From Heptranchias perlo (Eukaryota): a stretch of DNA of 64,000 bases. The notes below the pieces were generated by a model. That model was not told where the DNA came from. It saw only the letters and a program-made list of their open reading frames with translations, and ran no database searches. Numbering within the stretch: the first letter of the stretch is position 1; each line of letters starts with the position of its first letter. The stretch covers positions 8,680,001-8,744,000 of the forward strand of contig NC_090349.1 of NCBI RefSeq assembly GCF_035084215.1, in the 5' to 3' direction. The position numbers and the translations under genes are program-made. Positions 23,277 to 35,500 of the stretch are shown piece after piece.

Positions 23277-24371
23277 TTAAAATAAAATTGCTGGACTATA
23301 ACTTGGTGTTGTAAAATTGTTTACAATTGTCAACCCCAGTCCATCACCGGCATCTCCACATCTTGGCAAGTCAGCAGTGAGATTTAAGGCAGTAGCAAGA
23401 GTGCTGAAACATTATAGTAATAACAGTGGTACAAAAATCTGCTAAGTAAAACATGGCTCCAAGCTACTGCAGATCAGACAGAGAGAAGAGAGGTTGGTCT
23501 GGCCAGGAAAGAGCTTTGTTAGGTGGAGGTTGAACTTCTTTCCAACACTTTACCTACAACAAATAATCTACCACTATCCATTGTTCATTTAACTTCCACG
23601 CACGAATGGAAAGTACACCAAATTTGTACTGAGCTTCTGCCAAGCCAATTTGGAGCACTATATTGCCAGAGGGTTGTTGTTAAGACGATACTTAGAACAA
23701 GCACATAAAGAGCTCCAGGTCACGGTCCTGATGGTAAACCTTCACCCATTGTCCCAGAAAATGGCGCTGTGTGTCGAATGGATTGTAACCTTTCCTTGCG
23801 TTTCCTGCCCTGCCAAAAAATGACGTTATCACTGTGCAGGGTCAAAGCAACTGTATTGAGTTTTCAACCCAGCTGGTCCAGCAACTCAGTCGCACTGAAA
23901 ACTCTCCACTGAGGCGATAATGCCCTTGAGTGTATCAATTAACATGTAGCTTGCAAAAATGTATTTATTGTTAAAAGCCAAAATTTTGTTATTCATTGAC
24001 ACAAGAGCCTGTTGTGCTTAGTGCAAAATAATAAAGGATCCCCCTTTCTTAAGGCCTACAAGAAGTTACCTAAATTTATAGATTTACACTTTGATATATG
24101 GCTAATAGCCCATTTCTATACTGCAAGAGTAATTTCCTGTCCTGCAGCTGTTGCACCAAATTTATGCTGCAGGGTGGATTTAGTAACAAGTATGCATGTA
24201 CAAGTCAGTCCGCGTGCAAATGCTCATAGATGCAACTTCATCAAAACTAGCTGCAAAACTTCCCCGATGTTGGGGAAGGATGCTATGGGTCAGTAATATT
24301 ACGAAGCACATTGGAGGCTTCCACGGATTCAGCTTACCTACAGCCAAAATAAAATGCCAGACCCAATGGCT

Positions 24372-25621
24372 TATGACAAGGTCCTGAACATTTACCTGAC
24401 GAAGGAGGAAGCCTCCGAAAGCTTGTGAATTTAAAATAAAATTGCTGGACTATAACTTGGTGTTGTAAAATTGTTTACAAAGGTCCCACATGGCAGACTG
24501 GTCAAAAAAGTACAAGTCCATGGGATCCAAGGGAAAGTGGCAAGTTGGCTCCAAAATTGGCTCAGTGGCAGGAAAGGGTAATAGTCGGCGGGTGTTTTTG
24601 TGACTGGAAGGATGTTTCCAGTGGGATTCCGCAGGGCTCAGTACTAGGTCCCTTGCTTTTTGTGATATACATTAATGATTTGGACTTAAATGTAGGGGGC
24701 ATAATTAAGAAGTTTGCAGATGATACAAAAATTAGCCATGTGGTTGATAGTGAGGAGGAAAGCTGTAGACTGCAGGGAGATATCAATGAACTGGTCAGGT
24801 GGGCAGAAAAGTGGCAAATGGAATTCAAACAAGAGAAATGTGAGGTAATGCATTTGGGGAGGGCAAACAAGGCAAGGGAATACACAATAAATGGAAGGAT
24901 ACTGAGAGGTGTAGAGGAAGTGAGAGACCTTGGAGAGCATGTCCACCGATCCCTGAAGGCAGCAGGACAGGTAGATAAAATGGTTAAGAAGGCATATGGA
25001 ACACTTTCCTTTATTAGCACGGGCAGGTTATGCTGGAACTGTATAAAACACTAGTTAGGCCACAGCTTGAGTACTGCGTACAATTCTGGTCACCACATTA
25101 CAGGAAGGATGTAATTGCACTAGAGAGGGTACAGAGGAGATTTACGAGGAAGATGCCAGGACTGGAGAATTTTAGCTATGAGGAAAGATTGGATAGGCTG
25201 GTATTGTTTTCTTTGGAACAGAGGAGGCTGAAGGGTGATTTCATTGAGGTGTACAAAATTATGAGTGGCCTGGATAGAATGGATAGGAAGGGCCTATTTC
25301 CCTTAGCAGAGAGGTCAATAACCAGGGGGCATAGATTTAAAATGATTGGTAGAAGGATTAGAGGGGAGTTAAGGAAAACATTTTTCACCCAGAGGGTGGT
25401 GGGGGTCTGGAACTCACTGCCTGAAAGGATGGTAGAGGCAGAAACCTTCAACTCATTTAAAAAGTACCTGGATGTGCACCTGAAGTGCCATAACCTACAT
25501 GGCTATGCACCAAGTGCTAGAAAGTGGGATTAGGCTGGGTGGTTCATTTTCGGCCAGTGCGGACATAATGGGCCGAATGGCCTCCTTCTGTGCCATAAAT
25601 TTTCTATGATTCTATGATTCA
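24372..25621 (+). mobile_element. CR1 LINE, RT C-terminus to 3' end, interrupted near its 5' end by the solo hammerhead insertion
   Basis: GIPQGSVLGPLLFVIYINDL, KFADDTK and LVRPQLEYCVQFWSP peptides; (TTCTATGA)n tail. Confidence 0.95.
24385..24479 (+). mobile_element. 95-bp solo PLE terminus carrying a complete hammerhead (24390-24430)
   Basis: TSD AAGGTCC (24378-24384; 24480-24486). CTGACGA-A-GGAGG-AAG-CCTCC-GAAAGCTT-GTGAAT; the downstream part is identical to the pLTR through TTTACAA. Confidence 0.9.
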
Positions 25622-26433
25622 ATAATGAATGGTGTTAGTGGCAGCAATTTACCATTGGCTGGGAACAAATCACCACTCCTGAGGAAGATTTTACTCCCTG
25701 TAATGATACTCACTGCACAATGATTACAATACCAAAGTGTGCTTGATTTTGAAGACAATACTGTATGGATAAATTGGATATTAAATTTCCCTGTAACTGG
25801 AAATACAAACCTAAATAAGTTCGCTTCATCTGCATTCCCCAAAGTGTACAATTGGAGGAATATGGACGATAACTGTGGCAAATGAATTATAGACTGACCA
25901 CAAATGACTGATGAACAGGATCTGGTTTGACAAACGAGCTACTGACAAGCCTCTTATTTCTGTATAGGTAATTGATTGTTGCAAAGATTTATGACGCAGA
26001 CTGCATTGAGTGGGAGGAGCAAGGTCATGAATTGCAGCACACTTTAAACTGAAAAGTTGGGTTTCTATTTGTATTTTGAAGGACTCTTGATTTGTGTTGA
26101 CTTCACTTAGAATCCCTCACTATCACACACAGAGAGAACAAAACTAGCTAATAAATAGAACTGCTGAATACACCAGAACCAGTCTGATCGAACAGAGCAG
26201 TCGTTGGATCCACAAAAGAACAGGATAGATCCATTTGTTTATGTGTACAGGATATGCAATTTCTTTATAACCTGATGAAAGCTGTCTTCCAATTAACTTC
26301 AAATTCCATGGTAGGGGACAGCATTTCTCTCACACAATTTCCCCATGACATATTCATGCATTTGTATCAGCATCATTGTACTAATTCTCTTTAGCAAGGT
26401 GCATTCCAATTATTTAAGAGCAGCCGTGCTTCT

Positions 26434-26710
26434 AAGGAACATAGGAATTGCTAGATGAAAAAAGACCAAGGTCCGTCCAGTTCATGATACAATAATGGAG
26501 GTGTTTACTAATCATGGGAATCAATCTCTATCAATTAGTCTATAACAGGCTCAGACATGAGGCAAGGAAAATCCCCACTGGTGGAAATCTTTGGGAACTA
26601 TAGGTCCAAAGTCACCTGTTCCTCCCAGGCATGCTAAACTTACCATATGTCTTGTCTCAAATTACTCATATACTGTATCCTAAAATATTATCTGAAAGAA
26701 ATCTCTCTCT
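26434..26710 (-). mobile_element. Long 3' UTR of a CR1-like lineage
   Basis: Reverse-complement homology to 45745-46016; CR1-type TTCCTATG tail. Confidence 0.6.
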
Positions 26711-26802
26711 GGTTTGTCTTCTGTGCTTAAAAAAATATTTTCTACTGTCCTTGATCCAACAAATGTGGCAATACCCACTTATGGTTTTGTTAACTGACTC
26801 AT

Positions 26803-26998
26803 TCGCCGTTCCTTCATCATCGCTGGGTCAAAATCCTGGAACTCCCTTCCTAACAGCAATGTGGGAGAACCTTCACCACACGGACTACAGCGGTTCAAGA
26901 AGGCGGCTCACCACCACCTTCTCGAGGGCAATTAGGGATGGGCAATAAATGCCGGCCTCGCCAGCGATGCCCACATCCCATGAATTAATAAAAAAAAA
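26803..26998 (+). mobile_element. 3' end of a non-LTR element (same family as 36785-37308)
   Basis: Near-identical to 37115-37308; ends in an A-rich tail. Confidence 0.88.
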
Positions 26999-29279
26999 GT
27001 GCAGTACACTGATGCACCAAAGCACTGACCTACACAGTGACAGGACACATATTCACCCTAACAGTGCTCACCTGGTGAGTTCCTTATTTTGTCTGCACCT
27101 TCATGGTATGTGGGATAACCAAAAAGGAGTTGCAATTTGCAATAAAAGCTCATTTAAATAAATAGTACCCCCTGTAGTTGGCCATCCACTTCTTTTACAG
27201 CCAGTTCTTTAAACTTCACAACACAGGATGAGACACCAGAGAATAATAGCGCCTCTAACATTGAAAAATGTCTCAATGTTAACCCAATCTTTCGGATTCT
27301 AGAGTGGTGAAGTAAAGGATGTCTTCATCTCCTCAGTCACAAAAACCTTCTAAAATAGTTAACTCAATGACTGCCAGTATCAAATGCAAGCTATTCCACC
27401 TAAAATAATTTAAGACACTGGTAACCTTCCTTAACAGCAAGCATGACTTTCGATCATCTTCATTTCTAGAGCAATACATTTCTCCGAAGAGACAGCTTCA
27501 TTCCCTTAGCTTCCTCATTCTTCAAATTGTGTTACTCTAGATAAACCAATGGATTAAATCCACATTAGCAGAACTACTTAGAGTGAGTTTTCTCAAGAAG
27601 CATTCTAGTCATGCAAGTAATACTGATAATGGGAGAAAAAAACAAAGGAACAGTTCAAGTTGGATTTGTGTAGGTAGGAAAGGAAGTCAGAATCATGTGA
27701 TTGGATGACATGTTAAGGAACAGCATCAGCGTAATTTCCCCCTTTAGATAACGGAGTTAATTGGCTGATATTTGAATGAGAAAGGCCATTGTACTTGTGA
27801 GTACACTTCCATTTCTACTAGTCAGTGCACTCCAGGGATCCAGTGAGACTTCTTTTTCCTATAGCTTCCACCATTAATTTCTCAATGATCTAAAGCAATA
27901 TTACAGCCTCACAATGAGGTAACAGTTTTGTTAATTATTATATACCTGGGTCGGGATGAGAAACAGTAAAAAAAAAAGACGAAGAAAATAGTGGTGTAGT
28001 TTCAAAGCTGATAATTAAGAAATATGCCCTCCAAGCTTTGGCTTGTCTCTATTTAATTACCTGTTTTCCCTGCAGGCTTTTGTCTGTCCCCACTCACTTG
28101 CCTCTTGCTTACTATGGTAGAATACACTTAACATATGTTGATCATACATCAAAGGATTGCTGCAGATGTTGAAAGAACTGGCATATGAAAATTCAAATGT
28201 GTGAATCGTGTTGGTCTGTTCAAAATGAAATTGCTCATGTGTGCACAGATGAAGACAGAGATGATGATTATTCATTACAAATGATTACAGTACATGAACA
28301 TGGATTATCTTTAGCTCCTCAAGCAACTCGTGCACCGGGATTTCTTGTATGGAATACGTACATTTCTGGCACAATGAATGCAAGTTTCATTTCAGGCATA
28401 TAATGTCGCAGATATTCAAGTACTAACAACCCAAGTAAGGAAAGACTGAACCTTCAATAAAGACAAAGAAAGTAAATAATTAAGCTGTTAGTCAGAACTA
28501 GGTTCCTGGGTTTTTTTGTGGTGGTGATGGGGGGGCGGTGGGGGGGGGGGGGAAGAAGAGGAGATAAAATTAGCAAGATTAGGAAAGCACAGAATTTTCT
28601 GCTTTCTCTTCCTGGTTTCAATGACCTAACTTCATTTCTCCTTACAAACTGATAGTCAAACTTCCAATAGGAGATAGCTAATGAAGAATGACTCATCAAA
28701 ATTGCTCCAAATGTAGACCTTCCACAACTTCAGAACTCCTAGTACTTTTAACTGAACAAGAATGACAATTACATATTGAAGCAATGCAATACTGTTCTTC
28801 ACCAAATCCTCACTCCCCTGGGGCTCCTTACACTGTTCTGTTGCTTCTCACTGGAAGGCTGACAGAACCTCTACAAGTAACACAAACCAGAGAGAAACAA
28901 GCTTTGGCACAGAGGGAGAAGACCGTTGCTGTGACTTATTAGGCAAACAATACTATTAGAACAGGGACGTGGCTGCATTGAAAAATTCCACAAAAATAAA
29001 AACAAAGCCAAGAAAACAGGTAGTCACTGCGTTGGAAAAATATACAAGCCTTAATACGATTATTATGGAAAAAAGGTACCCTAACAGAATAATTGCTACA
29101 GGGAAACTGCACATCTTTAATCCATTATCAGGCACAAACGCACAGAGTAGGAGTGATTCACTGGTTTATTTTTGTCTGTATGATTTTCAGAAAAATCCAT
29201 GTTTCATATGACACGTGACCAGTAATGAAGATTGCTTTTCATAACAGTCAAACCATCATTGCACTACTTTTAAAGAAGG

Positions 29280-29720
29280 AAAGAAAGAATATATATAGTG
29301 CTTTTCACAACCTCAGCATGTTGCACAGCACTTTACTGTTAATGATGTACTTTTGAAATGTAGTCACTGTCGTAATGTAGGAAATGCAAAAGCCAATTCA
29401 TGCACAGCAACGTTCCACAAACAGCAATAAAATAAATGAACGGATCATCTGTTTTAGTGATGTTGGTTGAGGCATAAATGTTGGCCAGGACACAGAGAAC
29501 TCCCCTGCTCTTCTTCGAGTAGTGCCATGGGATCTTTTATATCCACCCGAGTGGGCATACGGGGCCTCAGTTTAATGTCTCATCGGAAAGACAGCACTTC
29601 TGACATTGCAGCACTCCCTCAGTACTGCACTGAAGTGTCAGCCTAGATTATGTCCTCAAGTCTCTAGAGTGGGGCTCACAGCACTCTTGCCTCTGAGTCA
29701 GAAGGTTAACACTGAACCAT
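29280..29720 (-). mobile_element. Deu-domain SINE (SacSINE1/AmnSINE-like) with L2-type tail
   Basis: GTGCCATGGGATCTTTTA...GCCTCAGTTTAATGTCTCATC...CAGCACTCCCTCAGTACTGCACTG core; homologous to 33826-34010, 34160-34465 and 53740-54095. Confidence 0.8.
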
Positions 29721-29853
29721 GGCTGGAATATTTCAGTACAGAAAGTCAGGACAGTGGAAGGAGGAGTTTTTTTTCCATCACTCCAATTTCTTCCTCCTTT
29801 CCTTCACCTTCTCTCTTGAATTCATGCTGGGTGAGCAATTCTGTGGGTGGCTG

Positions 29854-30797
29854 TGTAGATGGGAGCAAGAAGTTACAAAGGGACATAGACAGATTAAGTG
29901 ACTGAGCAAATGAAGTTCAATGTGGGGAATTGTGAGGTCATCTACTTTGGATCTGATAAAAACAAATTGCAATAGGTGCTGTGGAGGAGCAATGGGATTT
30001 GGGTGTCCACGTACACAAATCACTAAAAATTAATGCATAGGTACAAAAAGTAATCAAAAAGAATAATGGAATGTTGGAGGCTGCAAAACAAAGGAAGGAA
30101 GTTATGCTTCAGTTGTACAGAGCCTTAGTCGGACTCCATCTGGAGTTCTGCATTCAGATTTGGGCACTGCACCTCAGGAAAGATAAATTGGCCTTGAAGG
30201 GGGTACAGCGCAGATTCTCCAGAATGGTTTAAAAGGTTAAATTACGAAGACAGGTTGCATAAACTTGCTTGTATTACCTAGAGTTTAGAAGGTTGAGGGG
30301 TGATCTAATTGAAGTCTTTGAAGTCCAAGGGATATGGGGATAGGGCGGGAAAGTGGAGTTGAGCCTTGATCTTATTGAATGGCGGAGCAGGCTCGAGGGG
30401 CCATATGGCCTATTCCTGTTTCTATTTCTTATGTTCCTATGTTCTTAAAATGATAAAGGGATTCAATAGGGTAGATACAGGGAAACTATTTCCTCTGATG
30501 GGGGAATCGAGAACAAGGGGCACAATCTTAAAATTAGTTAAGTAATTTAGGACTGAAATCAGGAAGCACTTTTTCTACACAAAGAGTAATGGAAATCCCA
30601 CTAAAAGCTGAGGATGCTGGGTCAATTTAAATTGTCAAGACTGCGATTAATAGACTTTTTTATTAGGTAGGGTATTAGGGTATCAAGCGATATGGATCAA
30701 CGGCAAGAAACTGGAGTTGACGTACAGATCAGGCATGATCTGATTATATGGTGGAACAGGCTCGAAGGGCTGAAAGGCCTAATCCGGTCCTATGTTT
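29854..30797 (+). mobile_element. CR1 3' fragment with a nested short CR1 3' end (about 30322-30445)
   Basis: KLQRDIDRL and LVGLHLEFCIQIWA remnants; two CR1 tails. Confidence 0.85.
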
Positions 30798-30849
30798 AGC
30801 ACAAAAGATGAAAAAAATTGAAAAGACCAAATAAGAAATGCTGATCACC

Positions 30850-31950
30850 TGAGTTATTTCGGGGATTTTTTGCATGTCAAATTCAGTTCCTGTACTGGAG
30901 AGGTAGGTAAACTTTTGATGTATACATGTGTTGATCTAATGGAACAACTATCCTCCCAATTAGGGCACCGTGTACTGTTTCAACCTGTGTAGGGAGGGAT
31001 ACACAATGGTGTTGCAGTTGCCCATTGACTTTATCTTTTGGGTTAATGACAGGAGCTTGGAAGTTCTTTCAAACAGATTCTCTAATTCCATTTCTAGGAT
31101 TCTTTTTGTTTGCCAATTATTCCCTCCAATGAACAGTGAGGTCTTTCGCTTCAAAAATATTTGGTTTGTCTGAGGAGCTGATGTGGGCAACTCATGATGC
31201 AGACAACTTGCTGGAGTGGCTGTTTGCCAAGAAAAGTTATTCCTGATCAGTGGAAAACCTCACTTGTTTGGGCCTCTATTTCTCAGGGAAGTGAAAAACA
31301 GTTTGAATTAGTGGAAGAGAGGCAATTGTTTTGTTCAATGAAACTAGACAGAATGGCTCGTATCAATGGGCGTTGGAATAGTGAACATTCTTTTACGCTA
31401 TACTGATGTTTTGACTGAACTACCTCCCATTTTCTGTGAGTTACATCAAGGAAAGGGAGGAGCCCAGTTACTTCTTCCTCCTTTGTGAATGAGGGTCTGA
31501 TATTAATAGCCATGTGGAAAATGTTCTAAAACAACAATAAATGATCTCCTGTGGGTCAGCGACAAACCTCTGCCAGCTTTTGGGATTGATGGGGATGGAT
31601 GGCTTCCCTAATGGTGTTTTCTAAGTGCTGAAGGTGCAGCTCTGTCACAGCAGAGGCGACTGGAAGCTCCCATAATCAAACCATTGTTTGTTCAGAAGGC
31701 TCATTAAAGGAACATGTAACAGACAGGCATCAGCATAAAAACACGAAGCCCGGTGAGATACCTAAATGGCAAAAACAACGTTATGGAACGACAAAGGCAG
31801 TAGCAGTTCCAGGTTGACTGTACGTCTGACAAATCTAGTCTATACAGACCAAAAGACACGGTGAGCTTCATTAAGGAGGGCAAGCTGTCAGTATATCTTC
31901 TGCAATATTCATGAAGACAAGGGCGAGCTGTTCAAAAGGACCTTCAGAAA
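30850..31950 (-). mobile_element. Old degenerate Penelope-like RT remnant (third lineage)
   Basis: Motifs in the expected order on the minus strand: VSFGL (~31850), NNGLIMGAS (~31670), PKSWQRFVAD (~31570), FTKEEEVTGLLPFLDV (~31445-31490). Boundaries approximate. Confidence 0.65.
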
Positions 31951-33134
31951 AGGCTAATTACTAACTAAAAGCTGAACACGCTCCCACACACATGCCCCAC
32001 ACCCACCCCACTATACCATACCCCCCACAAACACACAGCACAGCCAGACGTGGCAGAGACTGAGCTGTAATTAGTAATTAAAAATAATTAAAAACAGGCT
32101 GCATCAATCTAACACTGCGTTGAATAAAAACACACTGAAGGGAAGGTTTCATTCACAGCCTGATAATTCCATCTGAACTGTAAAGGATGGATTTACTTGA
32201 TCACCATTACATTCAAAATAAGGCTCCTGTTGAGGGCAATGGGGAAGCTATTACCGAAACATCATCAAAAAAAATTAAAAATACGTAAACAATCTGATGT
32301 AGTGTCTTGAAAAATAATTTTAAAAATTATGCCCCTCCACCTTTTCCAACACCATATGTTGCTGCTAAAAAGTGGAACAGTCTGACCCATGAACCTCTCT
32401 CAGTGTTACTAAGGTCACTCTCCATTATCAGGTCACAGGCTGCACACTTTCCAGGGTAGTTTCAATCCCACCACTGATCTGTCTTCTCCGCACCTACTGC
32501 CTTTCCTCCAAGTAGTAGTACTGCAGCTGCAACTAAATACCCATTATTCCCGCTAAATTTTTGTGTCCAGATGCTTGTTACGAGTCACACAGGAGGCTTG
32601 TGGAGCAGGGTGGGTTTTTATTGTCATTAGACGCAGATCCACGGTGGCACAGTCTCGAAACGTACATCAAAAGGTCTGAAATACACTCCCCCAGGGCCCA
32701 GTAACATGATACTCATACTGGTCCAGGTGCACACTGCCTGTTCCACATCATGTTCTGGATAAGCAGATGCCTGATTATTTTAGTCCTTACATGGTATTCT
32801 TTCACTAGCCTAGTGCACCTCCTGGTGGTTAATGAAGTGAACAGCAATTGTAAAGGTACTCAGGATTTGCACAAAGCAAAAACAAAAGTAAACAATACAA
32901 ATTTAAATACAATAAGTGTCCTTATTTAGCTAAATGTATCTATTGCACAAACACGTTGCACAAACACATCGCACAAAGATCTGAGAGACCCAGTTGCCTA
33001 ACTAGTGCTGCATTGGAGTGACTGTGCAAAGTGGAATAAAGTGAAAGCAACGCAAAGGTTTCAAGAAAATTACTAGCAATTCCTAGTACTCCGATCAACA
33101 CTTGCCCTCCCCCAACTATTCCATGGATAAATGC

Positions 33135-33280
33135 ATGGTGTGTTGTGTCACAGACCAGTGAAAATCCCAAGTTAGAAGCCTGGTTTGTATTCAGTCAGCC
33201 AAGTAGAGGTAGGGGTGCTACAAATTGGCCTCAGCACCCCTGTACTAAGGATGGGGAGAAATTCATCCAGAATTCCTTTC
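33135..33280 (+). mobile_element. LF-SINE-like fragment
   Basis: GGGGTGCTACAAATTGGCCTCAGCACCCCTG core; a related inverted copy lies at about 44855-45205. Confidence 0.55.
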
Positions 33281-33289
33281 TAAAAATTA

Positions 33290-33700
33290 TTTGTTCACTG
33301 GATGTGGGCGATGCAGAGAAAACAAGACTGTCCTGCTCTTGCAGCCACAGTGCTGATATGGCTGGCAAGTTAAGCTCTGGTCAGTGGTGATCCCCAAGAT
33401 GTTGATGGTGGGGAACTTGGCAATGGTAGCACTTTGAAGGTCAATGAGAAGTGGTTCGGGTTTTTGTTGATCCATTCTACCGTTATCCAGTGATCCTTGA
33501 TGGAAAATGTGCATGCATCAGCCAAGAACAAGACTGGCTTGGTTGTGTAAAGCTCTTCAGTTGAATAGCCTGTCTAAGCTGCTACATGACCAGACAATTG
33601 AGCGAAGTACTGGAGGTCTGCCAATGCCTATGGAATTATATCATAGCATCAGTCATCATCTTCAAGAGAGGAGGAAGAAAATTGGCTACGAACGATTACT
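33290..33700 (-). mobile_element. Degenerate fragment of the non-LTR family seen at 36785
   Basis: PTINILGITTDQSLT peptide; begins with a TGGATGTGGGCGATGC tail remnant. Confidence 0.6.
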
Positions 33701-33825
33701 GACTATGATCTAACCCAGATTTACTTGTGTTTGCTGGTGTCCTGACAATGAGTTCACTTTGCCAGTAGTAAAGGGTCTTTTCTATCATTTTTTGCTCTAG
33801 ATTTGTTGGCTGTTGGATCTTAAAT

Positions 33826-34465
33826 GTCAGCCTTAGCTCAATGGTGCTTCTGAATTAGAAGGTTGTGGGTTCAGGTACTGATCTAGAGACTTGAGCCCAT
33901 AATTCAGGCTGACACTCCAGTGCAATATTGAGGGAGCGCTGTACTGTCAGTGATGTCGTCTTTCAGATGAGACATTAAAGCGAAGGCCCATCTGCCCTCT
34001 CAAATGGATGTTATAGTAGGTGCAACACAGGAGGCCATTCGGCCCATAGTGCCTGTGCCAGCTCTTTGAAAGAGCTATCCAACTAGTCCCATTCCCTTGC
34101 TCTTTCCCTACAGCCCTGTAATTTTTTTTTCCTTCAAGTATTTATCCAATTCTCTTCTGATTGTCAGAAAGTTATGGGTTCAAGCTCCACTCCAGAGACA
34201 CGAGCATATATTCTAGGCTGACACTCCATTGCAGTAATGAGTGAGTGCTGCACGGTCGAAGGTGCCGCCTTTCAGATGAGACTTTAAACTGAGTCCCCAT
34301 CTGCCCTCTCAGATGGACATAAAAGATCCCATGGCACTATTCAAAGATGAGCAGGGGAGTTCTCCCGGTGTCCCGGCCAACATTTATCCTTCAACCAACA
34401 TCACCAAAAAACAGGAAATCTGGACATTAATTTCATTGCTGTTTGTGGGACCTTGCTATGTACAA
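33826..34465 (+). mobile_element. Two Deu-domain SINE copies separated by a minus-strand CR1 3' end (about 34015-34150)
   Basis: Both carry the TCAGAAGGTTGTGGGTTCAAG...GGCTGACACTCCAGTGCA...TTTCAGATGAGAC head. Confidence 0.8.
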
Positions 34466-34467
34466 AT

Positions 34468-34770
34468 TACTATCCCTTTAACCTCCTCCAGCCCTACAAC
34501 CTTTCGAGATCTCTGTGTTCCTCCAATTCTGGCCTCCTGAGCATCCCCGATTTTCATCGCTCCACCACTGGCGGCTGTGCCTTCGGCTGCCTACCACTCT
34601 CTCCTCCTTTAAGACGCTCCTTAAAACCTACCTCTTTGACCAAGCTTTTGGTCACCTGTCCTAATATCTTATGTGGCTCGGTGTGAAATTTTGTTTGATA
34701 ATTGCTCCTGTGAAGCACATTCGGATATTTTACTATGTTAAAGGTGCTATATAAATGCAAGTTGTTGTTA
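34468..34770 (+). mobile_element. L2 LINE 3' end
   Basis: AACCTCCTCCAGCCCTACAAC...GCTATATAAATGCAAGTTGTTGTT tail. Confidence 0.8.
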
Positions 34771-35500
34771 TACAGCACTTTTAATCTGATTCAGAGGTTT
34801 AAGGAAAAAGAAATAGATACTGAGCCAAAGGAGTGGTGGCTAAAAGCTTGATCAAGGAGGTGGGTTTCAAGGAGGAAAGGAAGCTAGAGGGCTGGAGGGT
34901 TTTAGGGAGGGAATTCCAGAGTGTGAGCCTCGGCAGCTGAAGGCGAGGTTGCCAATGGTGGGGCAAAGGGAGGGGGCGTTTGAAAGGCTGGAGTCACAGG
35001 CATGACTAGGTTGGGGAAGGTTGCAGTGCTGGGAGGTTTAAACAGCTAAGGAGCAGGAGGCCATGGAGCATAATTTTAAGTTTGAGGTATGTTGGGGAAC
35101 TGGGAGCCAATGGATAAGCCGAAATTGAAGTTTATAGAAGTCTGAAAATAGAGCTGATGGGCAAACAGTTTTGGCTGAGTTGAAGTTTACGGGGGATGGG
35201 AGGCCAGAGAGCAGAGCACAGGAATAGTCATATCTTAAGGTGGCAAATGAATGAGGGTTTCAGCGGCAGATAGGCTAAGATGGGGCAGGTGTGGGCGATG
35301 TTACGGAGGTGGAAGTGTGAGGTCCCTGTGATGATGAGGATATGGGCCAGAAGCTCAGCTCAGACTCATAAGGGCATCGACACTGTGAACAGTCTGGCTC
35401 AGCCTGAGACAGTGGCAGGGGAGGAGGGGAGGGTTGGAGTCGGTGGAGAGTGTATGGAGTTTATGGTGGAGTCTGAAGACAATGGCTTTGGTCTTCCCAG

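Larger units (their letters stand above)
19042..23360 (+). mobile_element. Full-length, young Penelope-like retroelement (Neptune type)
   Basis: Perfect 14-bp TSD TCTTGGCAAGTCAG (19028-19041; 23361-23374). Inverted pLTR at 19042-~19443; direct repeat 19441-20267 equals 22535-23360; ORF intact. Confidence 0.97.

Noticed and set aside
20270-23360. Selenocysteine or SECIS usage, as reported for some PLE groups
   Set aside because: The ORF has no in-frame TGA and ends in TAA.
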